Source of the DNA: Octopus sinensis
Lineage: Eukaryota
Direction of reading: 5' to 3'
Assembly: GCF_006345805.1 (NCBI RefSeq)
Contig: NW_021834935.1
Coordinates: 1-46,823 of the forward strand
Length of the DNA stretch: 46,823 nt
This document shows, piece after piece, positions 13,498 to 24,446 of this stretch (position 1 is its first letter; every line of letters starts with the position of its first letter). The position numbers and the translations under genes were made by a program. A model generated the notes under the pieces. The model worked only from the letters and a program-made list of their open reading frames with translations. It ran no database searches and had not been told where the DNA came from.

Positions 13498-14360
13498 CGA
13501 TGGCAAGAAAAGCCCCTTCATGGTAAATACTGGACTAAACTAAACGCAAAAGAAATAGACAAGAAAAAATCCCAGCATGGTTGAGAAGCTCAGGACTCAA
13601 AGCAGAAACAGAGGGATTTTTAATTGCAGCACAAGACCAAAGCCTCCCCACCAGAAATTACCAAAAACATGTAATGAAAAGAAATATTACAAGTAACTGC
13701 AGAATATGTGGAGATGGACAAGAAACAATAAATCATATTATCTCTAGCTGCCCAGTCTTGGCTAAGAAGGAATATATTCACAGACATGACAGAGTTGGAA
13801 CCTACATACATTGGAAGCTATGCCAACATTATGGAATAACAACAGAAAAAATATGGTATAGGCACACACCAGAAAAGATCACAGAGAACGAGAAAGCAAC
13901 CATACTCTGGGATATGCCGATACACACAGATAGAGAAATTAAGGCCAACAGACCAGATATAGTTGTCAGAGATCATGAAGAAAAAAATGCTTTCTAATTG
14001 ATGTATCAATACGGCTGATGACAACGTGTCTCTAAAGAAATGGAGAAACTCTCAAAATACAAGACCTGGAAATAGAGGTAACTAGAATGTGGAATCTGAA
14101 AACAGAAACAATTCCTATCATAGTAGGTGCATTAGGCATGATAAAAAAAATATTCAGACAAATACATAACAAAAAACACCAGGACTTACAAACACAAAAC
14201 ATACAGAAAATTGCACTACTATGCACTGCACACATCCTACGCAGAACACTTTCCATACAATAACCATCAGAGCATCAAAACAAATCACAGCACATACCCA
14301 AGGCACACAGAGCTGCGCTCAGTAGTGAAGTGAAAGCACGCTATAAAAATAAAACTACTG
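13498..14360 (+). mobile_element. 5'-truncated R4/Dong-like LINE (zinc knuckle + RLE + 3' UTR), flanked by (AAT)n
   Basis: GLKAETEGFLIAAQDQ, CRICG...ETINHIISSC, HRHDRV, WDMPIHTDREIKANRPDIVV; frameshifts downstream. (AAT)n at 13420-13497 and 14361-14387. Confidence 0.93.
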
Positions 14361-14388
14361 AATAATAATAATAATAATAATAATAATG

Positions 14389-14600
14389 ATATTCAGACAA
14401 ATACATAACAAAAACACCAGGACTTACAAACACATATAACATACAGAAAATTGCACTACTAGGCACTGCACACATCCTACGCAGAACACTTTCAATACAG
14501 TAACCATCAGAGCATCACAACAAATCACAGCACATACCCAAGGCACACAGAGCTGCGCTCGGTAGTGAAGTGAAAGCACGTTATAAAAATAAAACTACTG
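14389..14600 (+). mobile_element. Short 3'-end copy of the same Dong-like family
   Basis: Near-identical to 14151-14360, with the same terminus AAAACTACTG|AAT. Confidence 0.9.
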
Positions 14601-14621
14601 AATGATAATAATAATAATAAT

Positions 14622-15493
14622 ATACGCATCAATGGTTACGAAGCTCAGGGCTAAAAGCAGAGAGTGAAGGTTTCATATTGGCTACTCAAGACCAATGCTT
14701 ATTAACCCGGAACTACCAAGCCAATGTAATAAAAAATGGAGCTGACCCTAAATGCCGATTCTGTAACGATGAGATTGAAACAATAGACCACCTAATCTCA
14801 GGGTGTAGAGTCTTAGCACCTGCAGAATATAAAGCAAGACATGACAGAGTCGGCCAGTATTTACACTGGACAATATGTCGGTATTATAAAATCAAAACCG
14901 CTGACAAATGGTATAAACACCATCCTGAAGCTGTGACTGAGGGAGAAAATGTGTCGATTCTATGGGACTTCCCCGTACAGACCGACAAGACTATAAAAGC
15001 TAATAAACCGGATATTATTATAAAAGATCAGACAAAAATGGTCGTGTTTATTAATCACATGAGGATTCCTTGCGTCACAATATAGCAGCGAAAGAATTCG
15101 ACAAGATTAGTAAATATAAAGACTTGCTAATAGAAATTGAAAAAAATGTGGCATCTCAAGTCGACTACAGTACCAGTGATTGTAGGATCTCAAGGAATGA
15201 TAAAAAAAAGGTACTGAAATCTATTTGAAAATTATTCCAGGCTTACCATCCCTACAGAAAGTGCAAAAAATCGTATTAACTGGAACGGCTCATGTACTGA
15301 GAAGAGCATTATCGCTGTGAAAACAGCATCCATTCATGAATTTATCTATTTAATAATTTTTAAATACATATATTACTTGTGAATTTGCGTGTGTAATCTG
15401 GGAATGCATACAATGAGCTTCTCTGCCCTAGGTGTATGGAAAACACCCGGCGAGAAACGGAAGAAAATTTGGAGAATGAAGGAAAAAAAAGAA
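14622..15493 (+). mobile_element. Second-family R4/Dong-like LINE, 5'-truncated, flanked by (AAT)n
   Basis: ATQDQCLLTRNYQ, CRFCN..ETIDHLISGC, ARHDRVG, WDFPVQTDKTIKANKPDII; different 3' UTR from 13498-14360. Confidence 0.92.
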
Positions 15494-15498
15494 ATAAC

Positions 15499-15536
<38 letters not shown>

Positions 15537-15614
15537 TAATAATAATAATAATAATAATAATTGATAATAATGTTTTTATTTTTATTTTCAGTTTTTCAAA
15601 CAAAAAAGAAAAAT

Positions 15615-15728
15615 AGGTAGATAAAGTAAAGAATGTATGGTCAATTTCATAGGGATGTTGAAGAGAAATAAGATGGCTGTGGATGACTAAAAGTGATTTA
15701 AAACCGGAAACGGAGGCTCTATCTGTAC
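15615..15728 (+). mobile_element. Small R4/Dong-like fragment (third family)
   Basis: Matches 37620-37745 (HGQF.RDVE...W...DLKPETEAL). Confidence 0.7.
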
Positions 15729-15835
15729 TGTTGTTACTGATGTTGTTGCTGCCGCCGCTGCTGTTGTCCGTGTTGTTGCTAACGATGACACAGCTTTCTT
15801 CTTGTCGCTGATACTGCGGCTGCTGGTTGCTGTTG

Positions 15836-16221
15836 TTGAACGAAGCGGTCTTCGTCCCAGAGTTCGCAAGATCGCGCCTATGTAGTGGGAGAAGTCCGAA
15901 TCGTGGTCCTTTGCTATTCATAAAACCCGCAGAAGAGAAAGCAGGTCCCCCCCCCCGATACCGAGAGCATCGACGGATGGAGGAATGCGCATCCAGGCTC
16001 AGCGGTTGCCTAGGAAGTCGGGAACAAGAAACAGGAAGAAAGAATGAGAGAAAGTTGGGGCGAAAGAGTACAACAGGGGTCGCCACCACTCCCTGGCAGA
16101 GCCTCGTGGAGCTTTAGGTGTTTACGCTCAATAAACACACACAACGCCCGGTCTGGGAATCGAAACCGCGATCATCCGACCGCGAGTCCGCTGCCCTAAC
16201 CACTGGGCCATTGCGCCTCCA
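15836..16221 (-). mobile_element. tRNA(Arg-like)-derived SINE family C, full length
   Basis: Head GGCGCAATGGCCCAGTGGTTAGGGCAGCGGACTCGCGGTC...GGTTTCGATTCC; colinear with 24712-25100. Confidence 0.88.
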
Positions 16222-16579
16222 CTGCTACTGCTGTTAATGTGACCCTTGTAACTGTTGATGCTGTTGGTTTGTTGTTGTTGTTGTTGGTGGTGGTGGTGAT
16301 GGTGGTGGTGTTAGTAGCGGTGGTGATAGTGGTTTTACACTGTTTATTGTGCCCTTAAGCAAGACACTCCATTTCACGTTGGTCCAGTCCACTCAGCTAG
16401 CAAGAAGACGTTGTACCTACAATTCAAAAAAGGGGCCAGCCAGGTCACACTCTACAGCATCCCAAATCTCACCGAGAACTGCGTAAAGGCTTCAGTTCCC
16501 TATTTAAGAGAAGGGAATTATGTTCATTATTTACATTATTCACATTTGATGGATATTTCTCCTCATCTTGTTTGTTGTT

Positions 16580-16625
16580 AACACAACCTTTCGGCTGATA
16601 TACCCTCCAGCCTTCATCAGGTGTC
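16580..16625 (-). ncRNA. Minimal type-I hammerhead ribozyme copy with stem III mutation (GAAAG instead of GAAAC)
   Basis: Minus strand: GACAC CTGATGA A GGCTG-GAGGGTATAT-CAGCC GAAAG GTT GTGTT. Confidence 0.6.
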
Positions 16626-16700
16626 TTGAGGAAATTTCCAGCCTGGGTTCTCATTCCTAAGGTATTTTTTCGATGTTGTTATTATTATTATTATGCCTAC

Positions 16701-16775
16701 GGGCGTATGGCGTAGGGGTTAAGAGTGCGGGCTGCTAACCTCAAGATTCCGAGTTTGATTCCAGGTTGTGACCTG
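16701..16775 (+). promoter_or_regulatory. tRNA-derived Pol III head (box A/box B)
   Basis: TGGCGTAGGGG (A-box like) and GAGTTTGATTCC (B-box like, one mismatch), ending in (AAT)n. Confidence 0.65.
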
Positions 16776-16865
16776 AATAATAATAATATGTATAATAATA
16801 ATGATAATAGTAATAAGATCGAAAAATACCTTAGGAATGAGAATCCATGTTCGAAATCTCTCCAA

Positions 16866-16911
16866 GACACCTGATGAAGGCTGGAGGGTATATCAGCCGA
16901 AACGTTGTGTT
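16866..16911 (+). ncRNA. Minimal type-I hammerhead ribozyme (palindromic stem III)
   Basis: Stem I GACAC/GTGTT; core CTGATGA (16871-77); stem II GGCTG/CAGCC; GAAAC; loopless stem III AC/GT; NUH triplet GUU (16904-06). Confidence 0.8.
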
Positions 16912-17589
16912 AACAACAAACAAGATGAGGACAAATATCCGTCAAATGTAAATAATGTAAATAATGTAAATTACGTAAAGGCTATGCATGTCTAAGGAGT
17001 TCTCAACCACTTGCACATTAAATTCAAGTGCAGACTGTTCCATCGATCGGGTCAACTGGAACACATATCGTCGCAACCGACGGAGATCCAGTTGCATTGT
17101 TAATGAAATTTTTATTGATGCTGCTGTCGTGGTACTTGTGAAAGATGTTATGTTGTGATGTTGTTGTTGTTGTTGCTGTTAACATGTTTATTGCTGTTGT
17201 TTTTTCCTTTGTTGTTGTAGAAGCTTTAGTTGTTATTTTTGTTTTAAATCCCAGATTCCTTTAGAATCCCCTAAGGGCCTCCGCTCCATAGAAATACCCA
17301 TCAGTAAATGGCTGGTTTAGTCTGTATCCATTATTCCCTTCTCTGTGTGTGTGTGTTTTTTGTTTTGCATATTTTTTATAAATGTTTCTATGAAAGGTGG
17401 GTGGTTAGGACGATGGGGGTGTACGGTTGAGAAAGGGTAACAACTTGGTTTCGTCTGTGTTCGGTTGGTTGGGGGGGGATGGTTGTGGTGGTGGTGGTTG
17501 TGGGGATGGGGCGAGCACTTATATTGATGGTGGCATCCATTTCATCATTGCATACGTAAAAGCACCCATCGCCACTACAATCGCCAACA

Positions 17590-17658
17590 CCACCACCACT
17601 TCCATTACAACAACACCTACTACTACTACTACTACTACTACTACATCTGCTGCTGCTG

Positions 17659-17738
<80 letters not shown>

Positions 17739-17742
17739 GCTG

Positions 17743-17791
<49 letters not shown>

Positions 17792-17795
17792 CTAT
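17590..17795. repeat. (ACT)n/(GCT)n microsatellite
   Basis: Direct reading. Confidence 0.95.
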
Positions 17796-18456
17796 AATAG
17801 TAAATTATAAAACTGAGATCGATAATTATTTCCCAAACAATTCTTTGTTTCTAACGTTGGCACGAGGTCACATTTTTCAAAGTAGGGGCCAAGACGATTA
17901 CATCGACCCTCCCCCCGACCCCAATACTTGACTGGGACTTCATTTTATCGACGTGTATCCAAGACGGTAAGAAGCGCATTGAGGGACCTCCTTGTGTTAT
18001 GTCTAGCAGAAGAACCGAGCATATATGGAAGCCGTCAAACGCTAATTTTTTGTTGTTATTTATTTCTAGGCTGACCATGTTACAACAGACCTATAATCAT
18101 AGACGTTCCGTGCACGACCATCATGTACTCATCAGGAGCGTTGCTTATCCCGCTCTATATTATCTTATATATATTCTGCAATATATATAATATACAGTAA
18201 TCCCTCGCCATATCGCGGTTCACCTATCGCGGTTCACATATCGCGGTTCACCTATCGCGGTTTATTATTTAAGCTTAAGTCGATTCCTCCGTGGTGTTGT
18301 TTTGCATTTATAATAAAATAAAGTAGTTGTATACTGTCAACTTAATATGACAGTCCCATGACGGGAATCATACTACTGCTATTTAGCCCTAGGAAGCAGC
18401 AACGCTTCCTGTCGGCCTTGAGACATTTCCTGTGTCCTTACGTTTACAATCCTGCA

Positions 18457-18498
18457 TCCAGAGACTAGTTTCTGAGTCTTGCTCGTCAGCAGTCTTGA
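18457..18498 (-). ncRNA. Degenerate hammerhead-like copy (CTGCTGA core)
   Basis: Minus strand: TCAAGA CTGCTGA C GAG-CAAGA-CTC A GAAAC TA GTC TCTGGA. Confidence 0.45.
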
Positions 18499-18569
18499 GT
18501 AGCACGGCCTAGAATTCTTATATGTTTACAAGAGCTAGACAGGCATCTCCAACTAGCAGGCCATGCTAC

Positions 18570-18612
18570 TCCAGACTGATGACGAGCAATGACTCTGAAA
18601 CTAGTCTCTGGA
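18570..18612 (+). ncRNA. Candidate minimal type-I hammerhead ribozyme
   Basis: Stem I TCCAGA/TCTGGA (6 bp); CTGATGA (18576-82); stem II GAG/CTC with a C.U mismatch at its base; GAAAC; palindromic ACTAGT stem III; GUC triplet (18604-06). Confidence 0.65.
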
Positions 18613-19526
18613 TGCAGGCTTAGCTGGGTGGAGGTGCTTATCTCCCCCTTGTAAACATAAGGACAAGGAAATGTGTCAAGGCCGACAGGAAGCGTTGCTG
18701 CTTCCTAGGGCTAAATAGCAGTAGTATGATACCCTTCATGGGACTGTCACATTAAGTTGACAGTAGACAACTACTTTATCGTACCACTACTGCATAAATC
18801 TCTCTGAGATATTTAGAAATGTATTATTTCTATTTATAATAATATATATATACAAATTATAGAAATATACAGCACAGTACTGTTTCTGCTTCGCTGATTT
18901 TCACCCATCGCGGGAGGGGTTTTTAGAACGTAACATCCACGATAGTCGAGGGATTTCTGTTGTGGTTGAAGGTAGGTTTTGCAGCTACGTTCAGCAAAAT
19001 GGACGACCACGTAGGAGCTCGGTTGAAGATATATCATTAATAGTTACTTTTGATGATAATGTTGCTGTTGGTATTCTTTAACCGCGAAGAAACGTATGAT
19101 TGTAGACTTCCACCCATGACCATTCCATCTTAACTTATGACTGAGAACGCTGGAGCAGCGTTTTGGAATAAAAGTGTGCGGTCTGAGGTAGGGCTGTCTG
19201 TCCTTCCAAACAAGGTAAACAGCCATATGGAAACACCACCGTTGGCCAGTCGTTGTTTGTTAAATAAAATGGATGGAAATCGTATGTGACGTAGATGCAA
19301 AGAAAGGCTGCAGACGAAAGCTGGAAGACACGGTTTAATAAAATGATTCCAGCGTGACGATATTCACAGACCGTGGCAGGCATTCTTGAAAGGAAATTAT
19401 TTTTAATAACACCTGTCACAAAGCTACTAAAATAAATGCTATCTTTTGAAAACCCACCTCCACAAATATATCTTTAGATGTGTGTGGTGTTGAGTGTGTG
19501 GTGTGTGGGGTGTGGTGGTGTGTGTG

Positions 19527-19563
<37 letters not shown>

Positions 19564-19915
19564 TGTATTTAGATTCGGTTATAATAAAAACAATTTTACT
19601 TTAATTGTACTGCTAGTTAGTTATACCGAGAGGATTGTAGCTGTTATCTCAAAACTAAATCTTTACAAAAAAATTTGTAAATACGTGACTGCTTAAGTTA
19701 ATTCAGTGGCGGAGAATACGGTTGGTGAATCATTTGAATTCTTGTCGCAGAGAACGAACGAAAAACCATCGTCTTCCATACACACCGTTATATTTTCTAT
19801 TTATTAATCTATCGCTCTATCTGACTGTCTATTTCTCTGGCTAGCTGCCTGTCTAGTTATCTACTTTATTAGACATACTGACAGATAGATAGGCAGACAG
19901 ACACACTGATAGCTG

Positions 19916-19999
<84 letters not shown>

Positions 20000-20000
20000 T

Positions 20001-20432
20001 GTTTCTTTATTAGCCACACGGGGCTGCACACAGACGAGACAGATTACAAAGTAGAGCTTTTCTTTATGGGGAGAAAAGAAAAAAAAGTGGAGTAGGTTTT
20101 CGATCAAAAGGGATAGTAAAAGGGAAAGAAAAAAAGGAAAGAAAAGAAAAAAAGAAAAAGAAAAAAGATCAGTAGGGATCGTGTATCACAGAAATGTCAT
20201 GCTGTAAAGTGTAAAGGGTGAAGCTGATAAAGTTTATCCGTAGAAAGAAAAGCCTACGGAAAATACCACGGTAACCTCGGCCAATAATGTTACATGTTAA
20301 CACATTTGTTTGCAAGTAGGTAACCCTCTCTTTTAAACTTTTCCGGGTTCATAGGATTATACTCAAGGTGGCTTCGTCATTCATACGTGCCATCCTTGCT
20401 ACATTCACCCATCTTTTTTTTGAAACAGTCGC
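20001..20432 (-). mobile_element. Probable Tx1/L1-clade LINE 3' end inside a (GATA)n microsatellite
   Basis: Minus strand gives DCFKKRWVNVARMARMND..., then a T-rich UTR, then AATAAAGAAAC directly followed by (ATCT)n. (GATA)n lies on both sides. The clade is inferred from the AATAAA-type end and the peptide position. Confidence 0.6.
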
Positions 20433-20904
20433 TATAGATAGATAGATAGATAGAAAGATTAGATAATTAAATTTGGGATTGGAAGCAGCTCTAATCACGA
20501 AAACATTACGAAGTTCACATACTTAAAGTCCCTTTTGGTTATGCGCTCGTTGGTCGCGAGACACGTACACAGAAAGTCCCTCTAAGACGTCGAGTGTTAA
20601 AAAAAAAACACAAGTTGTCTTAAAGCAACTTTTCCTCTGGACGAACCCCGCAGCCAAAGCGCGCAAAATGAAAGAACAGTTTGTGATGTCAGTAAGATAT
20701 GTTATAGTCTCTGATTTAGATACAAGTCCAGTAGTTTTTGTAGGGGGAGTTTAATAAATTAAGCCGACACCAGACATTCCTTGGTTCCCTACACTTTCGA
20801 TCTCGGAGAGTCGAGAGGCTAAGTTTACATAGGCGAGATTTGAACTCATAAAGTTGAATACAGGAAGAGATATTGCTATGCATTTTCCAACACTGACATT
20901 TCTG

Positions 20905-20943
20905 CCAATCTCTCTCTCTCTCTATTTTTATTTATCTATCTCC

Positions 20944-21001
<58 letters not shown>

Positions 21002-21089
21002 GTCTATCTAATTGTCTATCTATATATCTATCTATGTATCCATCTGCCTCTCTCTCTCTCTCTCTCTCTATTTTTATTTATCTATCTCC

Positions 21090-21127
<38 letters not shown>

Positions 21128-21249
21128 CCCTATCTGTTTATTTAATTGTCTATCTATATATATATCTATGTATCCCTCTGCCTACGTATATATCTCCCTA
21201 CGTATCTATATATCTGTCTCTCGCTCTTTCTATCTATCTATCTATCTGT

Positions 21250-21323
<74 letters not shown>

Positions 21324-21395
21324 AGTCTGTCTGTCTGTCTGTTTATCTATCTATCTCTCTATCAATCCAAATACCTATCTATCTACCTGTCTGTC
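20905..21395. repeat. Compound (TCTA)n/(CT)n array with higher-order duplication
   Basis: CTCTCTCTATTTTTATTTATCTATCTCCCTATCT unit repeated at ~20912 and ~21062. Confidence 0.9.
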
Positions 21396-21396
21396 T

Positions 21397-21525
21397 ACGA
21401 TCCCTATTAATCACCACTTTTTTTTCGTTTTTTTTTTTTCACGATCCCTTTTGATCAGAATTCGCCCCATTTTTTCTCTTCTCAAAAATAAAAATTCTAC
21501 TTTGTATTTTGTCTCTTCTATGTTC
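21397..21525 (+). mobile_element. Second partial copy of the Tx1-like 3' UTR, after (TCTA)n
   Basis: ACGATCCCTA...ATCCCTTTTGATC...CTACTTTGTA aligns to the reverse complement of ~20020-20185. Confidence 0.65.
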
Positions 21526-21609
21526 AAAAGTATCCCGCCTTGGTCTTGAATGAGGAGTGGGGGATGGTGGAGTATACGGGCACAAGCGATATATATATAT
21601 ATATACACC

Positions 21610-21650
<41 letters not shown>

Positions 21651-22099
21651 GAATACATACATACATGCATACATATAAGTGTGTGTATATGCGTGTATGT
21701 GTGTGCGTGTGTGCATGTATGAATATACATACATACACATATATATAAAACTTGTTTGAGTGAATGAGTGAAAATCTAAATCGTTACCATTGAACTCAGC
21801 ATCGCCCTGTCCTGAAGGTCTCTCGTTATCGATACAATGGCCTCAGCTTATTTGGCAGGCTTCCCGCCCTGGTGCTAAGTATGTGGTTGGCGCCCAATAA
21901 CACCCAGCACACTTCAGTAAAGTGCTACGTTTATTGACTCACCGACCTATTGGAATCGTTGCAGACACTCTGCTGAGATGACATGCTGTTTATCGCAGAC
22001 AATCTCCCTCATGAATTCGACCCAACTCTGGGTTTATTGTCTCTGGTTCTCTTCTCACGGTGTTTTCTTTTTTTTTTTTTTGTTATATATCTTAATATT

Positions 22100-22320
22100 C
22101 TTTTAATCTTTTATTTGTTTCAGTCATTTGACTGCGGCCATGCTGGAGCACCGCCTTTAGTCGAGTAAATCGACCCCCCCTCCTGGACTTATTTTTTGTA
22201 AGCGTAGTACTTATTCCATCGGTCTCTTTTGCCGAACCGCTAATGTTACGGAGACATAAACACACCAGCATCGGTTGTCAAGTGATGCTGGGGGACAAAC
22301 ACAGACACACAAACATACAA
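22100..22320 (-). mobile_element. SINE family A, 3' half
   Basis: Tail and body match family A. Confidence 0.8.
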
Positions 22321-22384
22321 ACACACGCATATAACATATATACATAGATATATATACATATATATACATATATATATATACATA

Positions 22385-22829
22385 TATAAAGTTAATCCAA
22401 ACAAGAAAACACAGAAAAAAACACAGCAACGCGAGGACGTGGAACAATTAAAGTATTATTGGACGCTCAGGAAAGAAGGGAAGGATATATATATATATAC
22501 ACATATATATACACGCACACACAGTTGAAATTTATAGAAAAACAAAAGAGGAAGACAAGTGTAAGAACAACAAGCAAGTGTATTAGTTTGACGCTCGGGG
22601 AATATGGAAATGTCTTTTACGTTTCGAGCCTAAGCTCTTCGACAGAATGGAATAAGAGGAGATAAACAGAGAGAGAATGAAAAAAGAACGTACAGATTTC
22701 AGCGGTCCAACATGGCGAATGACTGGGGAAAAAAAAGAGGTTGAAGAGAGAGAAGATGAAAAGAGGGGGGATGAAAAAGAGAAAGATAATGAATAAAAAA
22801 AACATGTAAAAACGGATATATACATATAC

Positions 22830-22901
<72 letters not shown>

Positions 22902-22994
22902 AAGTTAATCCAAACAAGAAAACACAGAAAAAAACACAGCAACGCGAGGACGTGGAACAAATAAAGTATTATTGGACGCTCAAGAAAGAAGGGA
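22385..22994. mobile_element. Penelope pLTR-like relic: ~95-bp direct repeats (22385-22481, 22898-22994) enclosing a hammerhead relic
   Basis: The direct repeat is visible. Minus strand 22647-22615: TT CTGTCGA A GAGC-TTAG-GCTC GAAAC GTA AAA. Confidence 0.55.
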
Positions 22995-23109
22995 TACATA
23001 CATACATATACACATACATGCATACATATATATATGTGTGTGTATGTATGTATGTATGTATGTTATATATATATGTTACATGCGTGTGTGTGTACGTTTG
23101 TCGCATATA

Positions 23110-23216
23110 TAATAAGTACTGGGCTAACAAAGAATAAGTCCTGGGTTCGATTTGCTCGACTAAAGGTGGTGCTCCAGCATGGTCGTAGTCAAATGACTGA
23201 AACAAATAAAAGAGTA

Positions 23217-23248
<32 letters not shown>

Positions 23249-23410
23249 CAAGGGGCTTCTTTCAGTTTCCACCTACCAAATCCACGCACAAGGCTTTGGT
23301 CGGCCCGAGGCTATAGTAGAAGACACTTTCCCAAGGTACCACGCAGTGGGACTGAACCTGGAACCATGTGGTTGGGAAGCAAGCTACTTACCACACAGCC
23401 ACTCCTGCGC
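23110..23410. mobile_element. SINE family A pieces in opposite orientation (3' part on +, 5' part on -)
   Basis: 23110-23215 is the 3' tail on +; 23250-23410 is the head on -. Confidence 0.75.
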
Positions 23411-24343
23411 CTATATATTTATTCTTATTTAATAATTGATACTTTTTTACTATCGTTCTTGTTTTTGCATTTGGTTATCCCTATGCTAGCCTTCATCAAG
23501 CGTTCCAACTGCGACCATCATGTCTTTTTGATTTTAAGTGTACCTAGGAGTAACATTAACCAATGTTTCTCGTTTACTTTTATTCATTTTTACGGATCAT
23601 CGTCATAAGATACGATACAGTTGTGACCACTCGTTTTCAAATCTTGTTGATCCAGGTTAAGTGTAGCTCGGAGTAACATTATTCGATGTTTCTCAATCTT
23701 TTATTAATTTGATCCTCAACATCAGGTGCAGCTCGCTCTCGACAGAACCAATACATGTGGCGCCACCTTGATATCATTTAACTGGCTCTGCACATTCACT
23801 GACAATTAATTCTGCGCAATTTTTGACATTACCCCTTCACACTTCCATTTTTCCAATGTATTTTCTCTTTAAACGTCGCTGCTATTTCTTGTAGATCGCC
23901 CCACAAAATACTTTTACCTGTTTTTGACCCCTAAAATTCGAAAGTCCTTCAGCTCAGTTACTATGGCGTGACCGAAATCACAAGAGTCACTCTGAACGGG
24001 ACTCCGGTTCGTTGCAGGATCGAAGACCAGCAATTTTGATGGGAGAAGACAAGTCGATTATATCGACCCCAGTATTTGATTGGTTATTATATTCATCGAA
24101 CCCGAAAGAATAACAGGCATAGTTGACCTCGGTGAAATTTGAACTCAGAAAGTAAAGAGCCGGAATAAATGTCACAGCATTTTAAACTAAGAGAAATAAT
24201 TCAGGCTGTGGAAGCTGTTATTCAAGAAAAATCCGATTTTGTTCGGTTGCTTTCTTTGGTGTATTTATCTTTATTGTACATTTCTTTGATTGTTTATTTA
24301 TTCTCTTTATATTTCTACTAATTTTCAGCAATCTGAAAGTACA

Positions 24344-24415
24344 GGTCTCATGGTGTAATGGTTAGCACTCTGGACTTTGAATCCAGCGATCCGAGTTCGA
24401 GTCTCGGTGAGACCT
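24344..24415 (+). tRNA. tRNA-Gln (anticodon TTG)
   Basis: 72 nt; acceptor stem GGTCTCA/TGAGACC; anticodon arm CTGGA-CTTTGAA-TCCAG; T-arm CCGAG-TTCGAGT-CTCGG; canonical A/B boxes; TTTT at 24436-24439. Confidence 0.96.
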
Positions 24416-24446
24416 CTGTAAATCCAAGTTGATCGTTTTCTTTAAT

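Larger units (their letters stand above)
16524..16966. mobile_element. Penelope-type non-autonomous fold-back element: ~150-bp inverted arms (16524-16674 / 16818-16966) around a tRNA-like head
   Basis: The arms are reverse complements and each carries a hammerhead motif. The spacer holds (ATT)n, the tRNA-like head and (AAT)n. Confidence 0.75.
18318..18779. repeat. Long palindrome (arms ~18318-18510 / 18558-18779) with hammerhead-like motifs
   Basis: The arms are high-identity reverse complements; the right arm has a ~30-bp extra segment. Confidence 0.9.
18195..18959. mobile_element. pogo/Tigger-like non-autonomous DNA transposon (MITE)
   Basis: TA|CAGTAATCCCTCGCCATATCGCGG at left and the imperfect inverted CCACGATAGTCGAGGGATTTCTG at right. 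Four ~14-bp subterminal repeats (TATCGCGGTTCA). Confidence 0.75.

Noticed and set aside
15373-16089. 238-aa ORF
   Set aside because: It is a chimera of SINE family C, a LINE fragment and (ATT)n sequence.
16701-16775. Possible functional tRNA gene
   Set aside because: The acceptor stem does not pair and box B is mutated; called a SINE-type head instead.
19135-19412. Minus-strand hydrophobic ORF with a possible acceptor
   Set aside because: Weak splice context, no convincing donor, no recognised family.
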